A DNA stretch of 64,000 nt from Nitrosopumilus sp. (GTDB taxonomy: Archaea > Thermoproteota > Nitrososphaeria > Nitrososphaerales > Nitrosopumilaceae): NCBI GenBank assembly GCA_965223425.1, contig OZ245003.1, positions 1,952,001 through 2,016,000 on the forward strand. Direction: 5' to 3'. A model generated the notes under the pieces. The model was given only the letters and a program-made list of their open reading frames with translations. It did no database searches and was not told where the DNA came from. Below, one piece after another: positions 49,469 through 59,175 of this stretch (position 1 is its first letter; each line of letters starts with the position of its first letter). Made by a program: the position numbers and the translations under genes.

Positions 49469-50638
49469 TTGAACACGCTTGTGTTAGATTCTGAAGGTTT
49501 AAACAATGTTTTAGAAAACAGAACAATTGCCCGTCAAGACATTATTGAGATTTATCAGAATTCAATGAAAGACCCTAGTGAATTATTTTTAGCGGCACAG
49601 AATTTGAGAAGCAAGTTCAAAGGAAACTCAGTCACGTTTTCTAAAAAGGCGTTTTTTAACATAATCAATTTGTGCAAGGACACCTGTTCGTACTGCACAT
49701 ACAAAGCAGAGCCAAAAGAAGAGAAATTATCATTGATGTCAAAACAACAAATTACAGAACTATTACAACTAGCAAAAAAATACAATTGTGTTGAAGCACT
49801 TTTTGTGACAGGAGAAAAACCAGAAGAGCGATATCAAGAAGCACGCGACTGGCTTGAGGAAAATGGATTCAAGTCAACTTCTGAATATCTGATTCGTGCA
49901 TCAGAACTGGCCTTAGAATTAGGATTATTCCCACATACTAATGCTGGAAATCTGAATTTTGAAGAGATGAAAGAATTGAAGAAGACAAACGTTTCCATGG
50001 GAGTTATGCTTGAAAATGTCAGTGAAAGATTAACAGAAAAAGGAATGCCGCATTATTTGGCTGCAAGTAAAAAACCAGAAACAAGGCTAGAGGTTTTAGA
50101 GAATTCTGGAAAATTACGAATTCCCATGACAACAGGAATTCTTGTAGGAATTGGAGAGACGGTTGAGGAGATAATTGACTCGATTCTAGCGATAAAACAG
50201 CTGCACCAAAAATACGGTAACATTCAAGAAGTAATCCTGCAAAATTTTCAACCCAAACCAGACACAGGCATGAGAAACAAGCCATCAGCTGATGAGACCT
50301 ATTTCAAAACAGTGGTTGCATTGTCAAGAATCATAATGCCAGAAATGAACATACAGATTCCTCCAAATTTATCTCTAAAATCATATCAAAGTTTCTTATC
50401 AGTTGGAATCAATGATTGGGGGGGCATATCGCCACTAACTCCAGATTTTGTCAACCCTGAATTTTCGTGGCCAGAAATTAACAAGATAGATGAAAACTCA
50501 AAGAAGGCAGGATTTGAATTAAAATGTAGATTTCCAGTATATCCAGAATTCTATTCTTTTGTTAACAAAGAGTTAAGAGAAAAGATATCAGTTATTGAAA
50601 ACGAGGAAGGGTTGGTAAAAGAGGAATACTGGAGATGA
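49469..50638 (+). CDS. cofG: FO synthase subunit 1
   Basis: CxxxCxxC, PHTNAG, TTGILVGIGET, IQEVILQNF, DWGGISP.T.D. Confidence 0.93.
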   Translation: MNTLVLDSEGLNNVLENRTIARQDIIEIYQNSMKDPSELFLAAQNLRSKFKGNSVTFSKKAFFNIINLCKDTCSYCTYKAEPKEEKLSLMSKQQITELLQLAKKYNCVEALFVTGEKPEERYQEARDWLEENGFKSTSEYLIRASELALELGLFPHTNAGNLNFEEMKELKKTNVSMGVMLENVSERLTEKGMPHYLAASKKPETRLEVLENSGKLRIPMTTGILVGIGETVEEIIDSILAIKQLHQKYGNIQEVILQNFQPKPDTGMRNKPSADETYFKTVVALSRIIMPEMNIQIPPNLSLKSYQSFLSVGINDWGGISPLTPDFVNPEFSWPEINKIDENSKKAGFELKCRFPVYPEFYSFVNKELREKISVIENEEGLVKEEYWR

Positions 50639-51900
50639 CAATAAACATAGACTCGCTTTTTAAAAATGCAGACCCCATAGTGTCTGAAATCCTAAACAAC
50701 GCATTATCAGATAAGGAAATTTCCATAAAAGACGGATTAGAACTATACCAAGCAACTGGGATTGACTTTCACCTGGTGGGACTGGTTGCAGATGAGATCA
50801 GAAGAAGAAGAGTGGGAGATATTGTATCATATGTAGTGAATCGAAATATCAACTTTACAAATGTCTGTATCAAGCAATGTGGTTTTTGTGCATTTAGCAG
50901 AGATTTTAGAGAAGAAGAAGAAGAAGGATATTTCTTGCCTACCGAAGAGATTGTGCAAAGGGCAAAAGAGGCACATCAGCTAGGAGCAACTGAGGTCTGC
51001 ATTCAGGCAGGACTTCCACCAGATATGAAAGGGGATTTGTACGAAAACATATGCAGAGAGATCAAAAAAGAGGTTCCTGACATCCACATTCATGGATTCT
51101 CACCTGAAGAAATTCTATACGGTGCAGCAAGATCAAATGTGTCAATTGAAGAATTTCTAAAAAAGATGAAGGAAGCAGGAGTAGATACACTCCCAGGAAC
51201 GTCCGCTGAAATTCTTGATCAAAAACTCAGAGACAAAATTTCTCCAGGAAGAATCAGCGTAGAGGACTGGGAGAAAGTTATCAAAACTGCACACAAAATG
51301 GGAATTAATACCACATCAACTATGATGTTTGGACATTTAGAAACACTAGAAGACAGAGTAAAACACATTGCAAAATTAAGAGAGATTCAAAAAGAGACCG
51401 GGGGATTTACAGAATTTGTCCCACTAAACTTTATTCCATCTGAGGCACCAATGTACAAGCACCAACTACATGAAGGGATCAGAGAAGGCGCAAACGGAAA
51501 TGATGTTTTACTAACTCATGCAGTTGCAAGAATAATGCTGAATAGTTCTATTGACAATCTTCAGATGTCATGGGTAAAGGAAGGACAAAGGATGTCTCAA
51601 CTGTTATTGATGTGGGGGGCAAATGACTTTGGAGGGACGCTGATCAATGAAAGCATATCAACATCAGCAGGTTCGGAACATGGTCAACTGCTAAGACCAA
51701 AAGAGATAAGGAGGATGGTAAAAGAGATTGGAAGAATTCCTGCAGAGAGGAATACAGAATACAGCATTCTAAAAAAGTTTGACGGAATAAATGATGTTGA
51801 AGACAAACTTGACAAGGTTACAGATACGTCACAATTTGGTTCTTATGTAGAACTAATTAAAATTAACAAGTTTAATTATAAAAATCCAAGGGGAAAATAG
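50635..51900 (+). CDS. cofH: FO synthase subunit 2
   Basis: NRNINFTNVC...C.FC, PGTSAEIL, FTEFVPL, GANDFGGTL.NESI. Confidence 0.93.
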   Translation: MTINIDSLFKNADPIVSEILNNALSDKEISIKDGLELYQATGIDFHLVGLVADEIRRRRVGDIVSYVVNRNINFTNVCIKQCGFCAFSRDFREEEEEGYFLPTEEIVQRAKEAHQLGATEVCIQAGLPPDMKGDLYENICREIKKEVPDIHIHGFSPEEILYGAARSNVSIEEFLKKMKEAGVDTLPGTSAEILDQKLRDKISPGRISVEDWEKVIKTAHKMGINTTSTMMFGHLETLEDRVKHIAKLREIQKETGGFTEFVPLNFIPSEAPMYKHQLHEGIREGANGNDVLLTHAVARIMLNSSIDNLQMSWVKEGQRMSQLLLMWGANDFGGTLINESISTSAGSEHGQLLRPKEIRRMVKEIGRIPAERNTEYSILKKFDGINDVEDKLDKVTDTSQFGSYVELIKINKFNYKNPRGK

Positions 51901-53259
51901 TTGTCTGCCTTGGACAAGGCATTAAACCACTCAAAGAACATAGGAATAAACGAATGCGAGGTGGTTGCTGTAAAAAAGAAAATCACAACTGTAAGAATTA
52001 CTGATTCTGAAATTTCAGAAATTAAACAAAACTTTGAGGAAAGTTACGGCATACGGTTAATTCATGATAAAAAAATTGCATCAATTGAGACAACCAGCCA
52101 AGAAGACATAGAGAAATCAATTGATAACGCATTTGAGACATCATCAAAACTCAAAGTACGAAACTTTTGGCAAGGATTACCCCATGAAACATCCTTCAGC
52201 CGACTCGATGGCACATTTGATGGAAAAATAGAGAAGATTTCAGGCACAGATGCCATGGATATCGCCCAAAATATGATAAATTCAGCAAATAATGATACAA
52301 TAAAAACGATTACAGGATCACTGAATATTGTTTCAGAAAACTTTGAGATGGCAAACTCAAACGGGTTGGATCTAAAGGACAAGGCCACATACATTTCAGG
52401 AATCATTAATGCAGAATCAGAACAAGGATCATTACCAGTATCAGGAATAGGACATGCAAGTTGTAGGACATTAGCAAATTTTTCTGCAGAGCAAGTTGGA
52501 AGTGATGCACAGATCATGTGCACAGAATCAATAAATCCACAAAAAATTGACTCAGACAAGTATTCTATAATTTTTGAACCGTATTCGGCAGGAGAGTTAT
52601 TGGCATTTGTTATAGCATCAAATTTTAATTTTAAAACATTTTCAGAAAAGAAGAGTTGTTTTTCAAATAATTTTGAAAAAATAATTGCAAATGAACAATT
52701 TAGCTTAATTGATGACCCTCACATTCCAGAAGGAATTGGAACAAAATCTGTAGATGATGAAGGAACAAAAACTCAAAAAAGACATTTGATAGAAAATGGA
52801 ATTTTTAAAAACACTTTTTCAAATCTTTTTGATAGTTACAAAGAAGGAAAACAATCCTCAGGCAATGCATCAAGGCCGGGCTCCCCCATGGGAAGAAGCT
52901 CAGACCCAATTCCGGTTTCAGCACCTCATAATCTCAAAATAGATTCTGGGAAAATTTCTCAAGAAGACATGATAAAGGACACAAAACACGGATTGTTAAT
53001 TGGAAGATTGTGGTACACATATGCAGTAAATCCAATCAAAGGGGATTTTTCATGTACAGCAAGAAGTGGAATACGAATTATTGAGAATGGAGAGATAAAA
53101 GATCCTGGAAAATCAGTTAGAATAACACACAGTCTTCGGACCATGATAAAAGACATTTCAGAAATTGGAAACAATCAAAAAAATGTAATTCAGTGGGCAT
53201 CGCTTCCATCCATTGCTCCATCAATCAAGGCTGAGAATATCATGGTAAACTCCATCTAA
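51901..53259 (+). CDS. TldD/PmbA-family protein (PmbA-like)
   Basis: DDP, DDEG...Q...LIENG, GNA.R, N.IKGDFS motifs. Confidence 0.88.
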   Translation: MSALDKALNHSKNIGINECEVVAVKKKITTVRITDSEISEIKQNFEESYGIRLIHDKKIASIETTSQEDIEKSIDNAFETSSKLKVRNFWQGLPHETSFSRLDGTFDGKIEKISGTDAMDIAQNMINSANNDTIKTITGSLNIVSENFEMANSNGLDLKDKATYISGIINAESEQGSLPVSGIGHASCRTLANFSAEQVGSDAQIMCTESINPQKIDSDKYSIIFEPYSAGELLAFVIASNFNFKTFSEKKSCFSNNFEKIIANEQFSLIDDPHIPEGIGTKSVDDEGTKTQKRHLIENGIFKNTFSNLFDSYKEGKQSSGNASRPGSPMGRSSDPIPVSAPHNLKIDSGKISQEDMIKDTKHGLLIGRLWYTYAVNPIKGDFSCTARSGIRIIENGEIKDPGKSVRITHSLRTMIKDISEIGNNQKNVIQWASLPSIAPSIKAENIMVNSI

Positions 53260-53279
53260 ATGCCAAATTTAGGCACAAA

Positions 53280-54215
53280 TTATTTGAAAAATGTGATTAT
53301 TAGGTAGGCAACATATCCAATAGCTAAACAGACACCCATAGCTCTGTTTATGATTCCAGTCCTCAAAGCAAGGAGCAGCGAAAGACTGAAGACAATCATT
53401 ATTGCATAATCAACGTAGACATCAGATGCAATCACCACGCCACCAAGCGCAGCACCAACACCCATTATCATCAAAATGTTATAGATGTTACTCCCAATGA
53501 TATTTCCAACGCCAATATCGGCATGTCCTTTTCTAATTGCCATAATTGATGTTATTAATTCTGGAAGAGATGTTCCAATTGCAATTACAGTTAAACCAAT
53601 GATTTTTTCTGATAGCCCAAATTCTTTTGCCAAAATTACAGCATTATCAACGGTTAGAATTGCGCCAACATACAAAAGAACAACTCCTATTCCAATTAGC
53701 CCAATAGACTTTAGATATATGCTATTTTTCCCCGGTTCAGTTTTCTCTTTGTTTTCTTTTCTTTGTTTCATTGCATCTTTGCAGGTATAAAATCCAAACA
53801 CACCTAAACCAGCAAGTAACAAGATTCCATCATAAACAGAAAGCTCGCCATCAATTGAGATTAAAACCAGTAAAAGAGAAACGCCTAACATAATTGGAAT
53901 TTCTTTTCGTAATACAGATTTACTAACTACTAAAGGTACAATAATTGCAGCAATGCCAATTACCATTCCAACATTTGCAATGTTGCTTCCAATCACATTT
54001 CCTAAAATAATTGCACTATGTTCTCCAGCGGCGGCAATACTGGCAGCAAGTTCGGGAGTAGAAGTACCATACGCTACTACAGTCATTCCGATAACGAGAT
54101 TGCTTATTCGGAATTTTCTTGCAATGGCAACACTGCCACTGACTAGCCAATTTCCGCCAAAACATAGTAGGACTAGTCCAACTATCGTTAATGCTGCACT
54201 TGCTACTACTTCCAC
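53280..54215 (-). CDS. Calcium/sodium antiporter (CaCA family)
   Basis: Two alpha repeats GTS.PE and GN.IGSNI.N. Confidence 0.93.
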   Translation of the reverse strand: MEVVASAALTIVGLVLLCFGGNWLVSGSVAIARKFRISNLVIGMTVVAYGTSTPELAASIAAAGEHSAIILGNVIGSNIANVGMVIGIAAIIVPLVVSKSVLRKEIPIMLGVSLLLVLISIDGELSVYDGILLLAGLGVFGFYTCKDAMKQRKENKEKTEPGKNSIYLKSIGLIGIGVVLLYVGAILTVDNAVILAKEFGLSEKIIGLTVIAIGTSLPELITSIMAIRKGHADIGVGNIIGSNIYNILMIMGVGAALGGVVIASDVYVDYAIMIVFSLSLLLALRTGIINRAMGVCLAIGYVAYLIITFFK

Positions 54216-54398
54216 AATAAAATTTCAGGTTTTGACTGCTTAAAGGAGGTGATTTATTATAATTTCACAATTCTAACAACTGCAGTAAACCTGAACTTAT
54301 CAGTTAGGCACAAACAGAGGTGTAAAAAAACCATCCAGAAAGATCAATAAAGCTCAAGTTAAAGACTAATAAGGTAATGTACCGTACCATACAGTATA

Positions 54399-54743
54399 AT
54401 GCGGGCAAGACTGACATACGTACCAATAGAAGTGGCAGACCAATTCGAAGACTTTATCATAAAAAGAGGCGAGCAAGTACTTGATGCAGTAAAAGCAAGG
54501 ACAAGGGACTATAGCACGTTGTCTTTGTTGAAATTATTGTATCAGCTTCGAGGAAATCCCATGACATTTTCTGATCTATATTCAAAGTCAAAGATCAGAA
54601 TGAAAAAATCATTTTTGAATTATCTGCATCTATGTGTGGATTACAACTTTGTAAAAAAAGAGCCGGTTGGACCAAATGTGATTTATTCGATCACAGACAA
54701 GGGACGAACTATGTTGAATCTCTTTATGCAGAAAGGTAATTAG
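54399..54743 (+). CDS. Winged-helix DNA-binding protein
   Basis: wHTH C-terminus Y.IT.KGR..L. Confidence 0.75.
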   Translation: MRARLTYVPIEVADQFEDFIIKRGEQVLDAVKARTRDYSTLSLLKLLYQLRGNPMTFSDLYSKSKIRMKKSFLNYLHLCVDYNFVKKEPVGPNVIYSITDKGRTMLNLFMQKGN

Positions 54744-54765
54744 ACAGAGAAAATCGACGTAAACC

Positions 54766-55491
54766 GTGCAAAAGGAATTTCCAGAAGCCGAAGTCTTTGA
54801 GATAAAGAAAGTAGAGTTAAAGAATCCAATAATTTTTGCAGGTTTTGTAGGAGCTGGTCTTGTAGGTCCTGTCGCAATTAACCACGTTATTGAAAAATTA
54901 GAAATGGAGGAAATTGGAGTGATGAGATCAAAATATCTTCCCCCATCAACAGTTTTCATGAGAGGCAGATTGCGTCACCCATTTAGATTCTATGCAAATC
55001 AAGATGGAACAATATGTGCAATAATCTGTGAGATAACATTGAAGATGGAGGGACTGTATTGTTTGGTATCATCAATTTTGGATTGGGCAGCACAAAAAGG
55101 ATCCAAGGAGATCGTTATTCTAGATGGAGTTGCAAGCACTGAACATGATGAGAAGGCATATTGTGCTGCTGAAGAAGATTTGATAAGAACCATGGCAGAC
55201 AAGGACATCAGCATGATTCCACAGGGATTTATCACTGGAATCCCAGGAGGCATACTAAATGAATGCCTGGTAAGGAAGATTCAGGGGTTGACACTGTTGG
55301 CAAAAGCAAACGAAGGAGCGCCAGACTCAGCCGCAGCTGCAACCCTGATTGAGGCACTAAATCGATTTTATGAAATGAACATAGACACAACAGAACTGCA
55401 AGAAAACAGAGAGAAAATCAACTCAGAATTTAGCGAATTATCTCAAAAATATACAGAGCATAGAGAAGAGACATCTGGAATGTACATGTGA
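54766..55491 (+). CDS. PAC2-family proteasome assembly chaperone
   Basis: GF.G.GLVG, P.RFY, G.ITG..G.IL, PD..AAA motifs. Confidence 0.88.
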   Translation: MQKEFPEAEVFEIKKVELKNPIIFAGFVGAGLVGPVAINHVIEKLEMEEIGVMRSKYLPPSTVFMRGRLRHPFRFYANQDGTICAIICEITLKMEGLYCLVSSILDWAAQKGSKEIVILDGVASTEHDEKAYCAAEEDLIRTMADKDISMIPQGFITGIPGGILNECLVRKIQGLTLLAKANEGAPDSAAAATLIEALNRFYEMNIDTTELQENREKINSEFSELSQKYTEHREETSGMYM

Positions 55492-55769
55492 TCAAAAGAT
55501 TTTGCCAAGTTATCAGGCGTCAGTCACAAATCTTGACACTTCAAAACTCGGGACATTTGTCCCTCTTATCCTCGGATTGCTTCTCTTCGTATATGAATTG
55601 TTCTTGCTTGTTTGTTATTTTAGAATATTGGCTACAACACGGATAAATCTGGTAGCAATTACATCAGTAGTTCCCAGATGTAGATTTACCGCAACCACAA
55701 CTAGCATCGGTTCTGCTTGCCTCGATCATTGACAAACAACTCGTTTCTGCTTGTAATGTGCACGATAAA

Positions 55770-56125
55770 CAACTAGAGTAATTCATGTTGGAAAAGTAGA
55801 ATATTTGGATTATGAAAATGATTCATTTGGAACTGACAATGTTTTGCTACCCTTTTTACATAAACGAAAAAGTTTTGAATATGAAAATGAAATACGAGCA
55901 ATAGTAGAAGATTACCCTTCAGAATTAACAGAATCAGAATTTGAAAAAAATTACAAAGTAGGCATTAACATTCCAGTTGATATGGACAAATTAATTGAGA
56001 ATATATTCATCGCTCCATCGGCACAGTCATGGTTCAGAGATTTAGTCAAATCAATCGTGCCACGTTATGGATTAAAAAAACCAATAACAGATTCAAAGTT
56101 AGACGAAAGACCGCAATTAATATAA
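55770..56125 (+). pseudogene. DUF2971-like protein, C-terminal fragment
   Basis: V.Y.DY...FLHKRKSFEYENEIRA...LIE.I.IAP motif; in-frame stop just upstream, N-terminus missing. Confidence 0.55.
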
Positions 56126-56142
56126 TTTTGGACATTTCAGAA

Positions 56143-56360
56143 GTAACAGGATAGGTCTCCAATACGGTTTCAGTATCTCTTCTTGAATGCTGGTGCACCT
56201 TTTCTGCCATGTCAGCAAACAGCTCATCAGTATGCCAAATACCTTCATGCCTGTTTCACTGACAAGGCACTGTCTGATCTTGCGCGATATGACGACGCGC
56301 CGAAGCATCCTTTGTGACTCGTTGTTTGTGGGATCCATTCCGGAATGTTTTAGAAATGTA
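56143..56360 (-). mobile_element. IS66 3'-end remnant (copy 1)
   Basis: High identity to 25422-25640, including IR-like GTAACAGGATAGGT. Confidence 0.85.
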
Positions 56361-56365
56361 AGGAG

Positions 56366-56830
56366 CTATTCTTCTGGTTTTTGCGTGTTGTTAGGAGGGT
56401 TATTGAAAGTGGGTTTTTCAATTATATCTATTGCGTTTATAGACTGATATCTAAGTATGGGATTATTGGTGACATCCGTTTTATTGGTAAGAAATATTTT
56501 TTCAACCTTGATGCCTGAAAAAATAAAAAACTTCTCTGTTTCATAGATATTGATAATCTCACGAATAGGTTTAAAATTTAATTCTCTTATTTGATCTTGC
56601 TCAGATGCTGGACCTATTTCATATTCTACTTCATATCGTTCTACATCAGAGGGTGTTATTACATAAGAATAGGAATTTGTTGCAACAGAACCTTTTTTCT
56701 CACTATCACCATCAAAAGTATACATCACATCTACCGTAGATAATTTCACTTTTAGAATTTGACCATTTTCTACTTCGTAAGAAGAAAAATCGTCTCTTAT
56801 TGTATTATAGTCAATTCGTTCTTCTCTCAT
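56366..56830 (-). CDS. Hypothetical protein (AT-rich cargo)
   Basis: Intact 154-aa ORF, third of three tightly coupled ORFs; possible internal duplication of an (I/P)I.(D/E)..(S/N).YE motif. Confidence 0.7.
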   Translation of the reverse strand: MREERIDYNTIRDDFSSYEVENGQILKVKLSTVDVMYTFDGDSEKKGSVATNSYSYVITPSDVERYEVEYEIGPASEQDQIRELNFKPIREIINIYETEKFFIFSGIKVEKIFLTNKTDVTNNPILRYQSINAIDIIEKPTFNNPPNNTQKPEE

Positions 56831-57060
56831 TTTTTCGTATCTCCATCTAATAATCGAATATCAGGTTCTCCTTTATCACGATAATGGACTAACCAAACCT
56901 CTTCTTTACTATGCCAATGTTTTTTTGTTGTAATGTGTTTTGGTTGACAAATTTTAAGTTCATTACTTCTAAACTCAATAATGAGATGCTTTTTTTTGTT
57001 TGAATATTCGTATCCAACTTTGCCACTAATTTTAAAAGGTGAAAAAGAATCGTCTGACAA
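56827..57060 (-). CDS. Hypothetical protein (AT-rich cargo)
   Basis: 77-aa ORF, TTG start abutting the upstream stop, ATGA overlap downstream. Confidence 0.55.
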   Translation of the reverse strand: MSDDSFSPFKISGKVGYEYSNKKKHLIIEFRSNELKICQPKHITTKKHWHSKEEVWLVHYRDKGEPDIRLLDGDTKK

Positions 57061-57357
57061 TTAATCTCTCAATTCATACAACTTGATGCTATCAACTGTT
57101 TTTGTTATGACATAATCTTTATCATTATATTGAAAGGCATATGGTTTGTTTACTTCTAATAGACGTTCTTTTATTTTGATAGCATCATCAACAACCTTAA
57201 CAGGTTGTAAAGTTTGGGAACATGATCCAATCAAAAATCCAACCCATGCGGTGATAGATGATGTAGTTAATTCATTTTCATTGGTACTACAAATTAATCT
57301 AGATTTTATTAATTCTTGTGGTTTTTGAGGATTATCAAATTTTTCTAATTGGCTCAT
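57061..57357 (-). CDS. Hypothetical protein (AT-rich cargo)
   Basis: 98-aa ORF with a TTTAATAT TATA-like box upstream. Confidence 0.6.
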   Translation of the reverse strand: MSQLEKFDNPQKPQELIKSRLICSTNENELTTSSITAWVGFLIGSCSQTLQPVKVVDDAIKIKERLLEVNKPYAFQYNDKDYVITKTVDSIKLYELRD

Positions 57358-57474
57358 AGAATATTATTTCCACATTCAATATTAAATCTTACGTATACCT
57401 CACCTATCCTGTCTAATCAAAAAAATTGATCATCTGATCCATATACTGCCCATTCCGATGTGGTGGGTTTTAGT

Positions 57475-57666
57475 GTAACAGAATAGATCTACAATACAGT
57501 TTCAGTATCTCTTCTTGAATGCTGGTGCACCTTTTCTGCCATGTCAGCAAACAGCTCACCAGTATGCCAAATACCTTCATGCCTGTTTCACTGACAAGGC
57601 ACTGTCTGATCTTGCGCGATATGACGACGCGCCGAAGCATCCTTTCTGACTCGTTGTTTGTGGGAT
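57475..57666 (-). mobile_element. IS66 3'-end remnant (copy 2)
   Basis: Near-identical to 56143-56335; encodes PTNNESERMLRRVVISRKIR. Confidence 0.85.
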
Positions 57667-57794
57667 GCAAACACATATGAAAAATAGATAAGGTGGCCAG
57701 GTAGTTTGATGCTCGGATCTTGTATTTGTGCCTCTCAGCTAAGATTCCTTGATTTGGACTATTTTGAAGAAAACTACACTGTGCATATCCTAGA

Positions 57795-57943
57795 CAGTAG
57801 TTGGGATTGTACATTTTAGATTAGGCCAAACTGATCATTTTAAGAACAAGACACGATCAATCAGATCCAAATACAAGGCATGTTCACTCACCTTGACTTG
57901 CGCAGAAAAGATGGGCAAGCACACCAACAGAACCAAGATATCA
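57795..57943 (+). mobile_element. ISH3-type left-end remnant
   Basis: Begins CAGTAGTTGGGATTGTAC and matches 26817-26963. Confidence 0.85.
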
Positions 57944-58081
57944 ACCCCAAACTCCTCAGAAATTTATGAAAAATACCGCAAGTTTCCAGTGCAAAGATAG
58001 ATAGGCGCGTCCCTGTATCTTGACAGAACCGATCGAAACTGCAGGCAAATTCTTTTATTCACAGCAAAAGTGCATCAAACC

Positions 58082-59104
58082 ATGGTTCTAACCTACAAAA
58101 AAGCAGGGGTGGACATTTCTAAAATTAAACAAAGTCAAAAGGCAATTGGAAAATTGATTGCATCCACTCACAAGCTTCAGAAAAAAGCAAAGATAGCACA
58201 TGGGTTTGGACATTATGCAGGAATTGTAGAGATTTCAGGTGGAAAACTTTTGGCCACACACACAGACGGCGTGGGAACCAAAGTAGTGATTGCAAATATG
58301 ATGAAAAAATACAATACAATTGGAATCGACTGTGTTGCAATGAATGTAAATGATGTAATCTGCATTGGTGCAACACCTGTTTCATTTGTAGACTATATTG
58401 CCGCAAACAAAAATGATCAGCAGATATTCAAAAAAATTGTAGAGGGGCTAGTAACAGGTGCAAAGAAATCTTCAATGCCAATAGTTGGAGGAGAAACTGC
58501 AATAATGCCAGATGTAATTGAAGGCAAGGGATTTGCATTTGATTTGGCAGGAATGGTGGTCGGACTAGCAGAGAAAAAAGACATGGTTCTTGGAAATAAA
58601 ATAAAATCAGGAGACATCATCATCGGTGCAAAAAGTACCGGCATTCACTCAAATGGATACTCACTAGCACGAAAAGCACTGTTAACAAAATACTCTGTCA
58701 AAGACAAAGTCAGAGGGATAGGAACAATAGGGGACGCATTGCTAAAACCCACTGAGATCTATACAAATCCGGTATTGGAGATTATTCAAAGATGCAAAGT
58801 AAGCGGTCTTGCCCACATAACAGGAGGGGCATTTACCAAGCTATTGCGCCTCAAACAAATAGGCTATCAAATAGATTCACTGCCAAAAATCCCACCAATT
58901 ATGGGACTAGTGGAAGAGCAGGGGGTAAAACCCGAAGAGATGTACAAGACATTCAACATGGGAGTAGGATTCTGTGTGATTGCACCAAAAAACCAAGCAA
59001 CAAAAATCAAATCAATATTCAAAAAACATAAAATTTCAAGTCAGGAGATAGGACAAATCATTTCAAAGAAAGGGGTTTTTGTAAATTCTAAAAAAATTGC
59101 TTAA
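58082..59104 (+). CDS. purM: Phosphoribosylformylglycinamidine cyclo-ligase
   Basis: TY..AGVD, TDGVGTK, VAMNVND, GGETA, G.HSNGYSL, AHITGG, FNMGVG. Confidence 0.96.
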   Translation: MVLTYKKAGVDISKIKQSQKAIGKLIASTHKLQKKAKIAHGFGHYAGIVEISGGKLLATHTDGVGTKVVIANMMKKYNTIGIDCVAMNVNDVICIGATPVSFVDYIAANKNDQQIFKKIVEGLVTGAKKSSMPIVGGETAIMPDVIEGKGFAFDLAGMVVGLAEKKDMVLGNKIKSGDIIIGAKSTGIHSNGYSLARKALLTKYSVKDKVRGIGTIGDALLKPTEIYTNPVLEIIQRCKVSGLAHITGGAFTKLLRLKQIGYQIDSLPKIPPIMGLVEEQGVKPEEMYKTFNMGVGFCVIAPKNQATKIKSIFKKHKISSQEIGQIISKKGVFVNSKKIA

Positions 59105-59175
59105 TTTAACAACAACAAAATAATTTTCAACCTAGCATCACCTTATATTACATATTTCTAGTCCTAACAGTAGAA

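Larger units (their letters stand above)
55498..58030. mobile_element. Decayed cargo-carrying element with IS6-like ends
   Basis: Left end GATTTTGCCAAGTTATCAGG (55498-) and right end CTTGACAGAACC (-58030); flanks GATCAAAA and GATCGAAA (7/8 direct repeat). Confidence 0.6.

Noticed and set aside
50911-50925. (GAA)5 run in cofH
   Set aside because: In-frame poly-Glu micro-expansion with no evident functional consequence.
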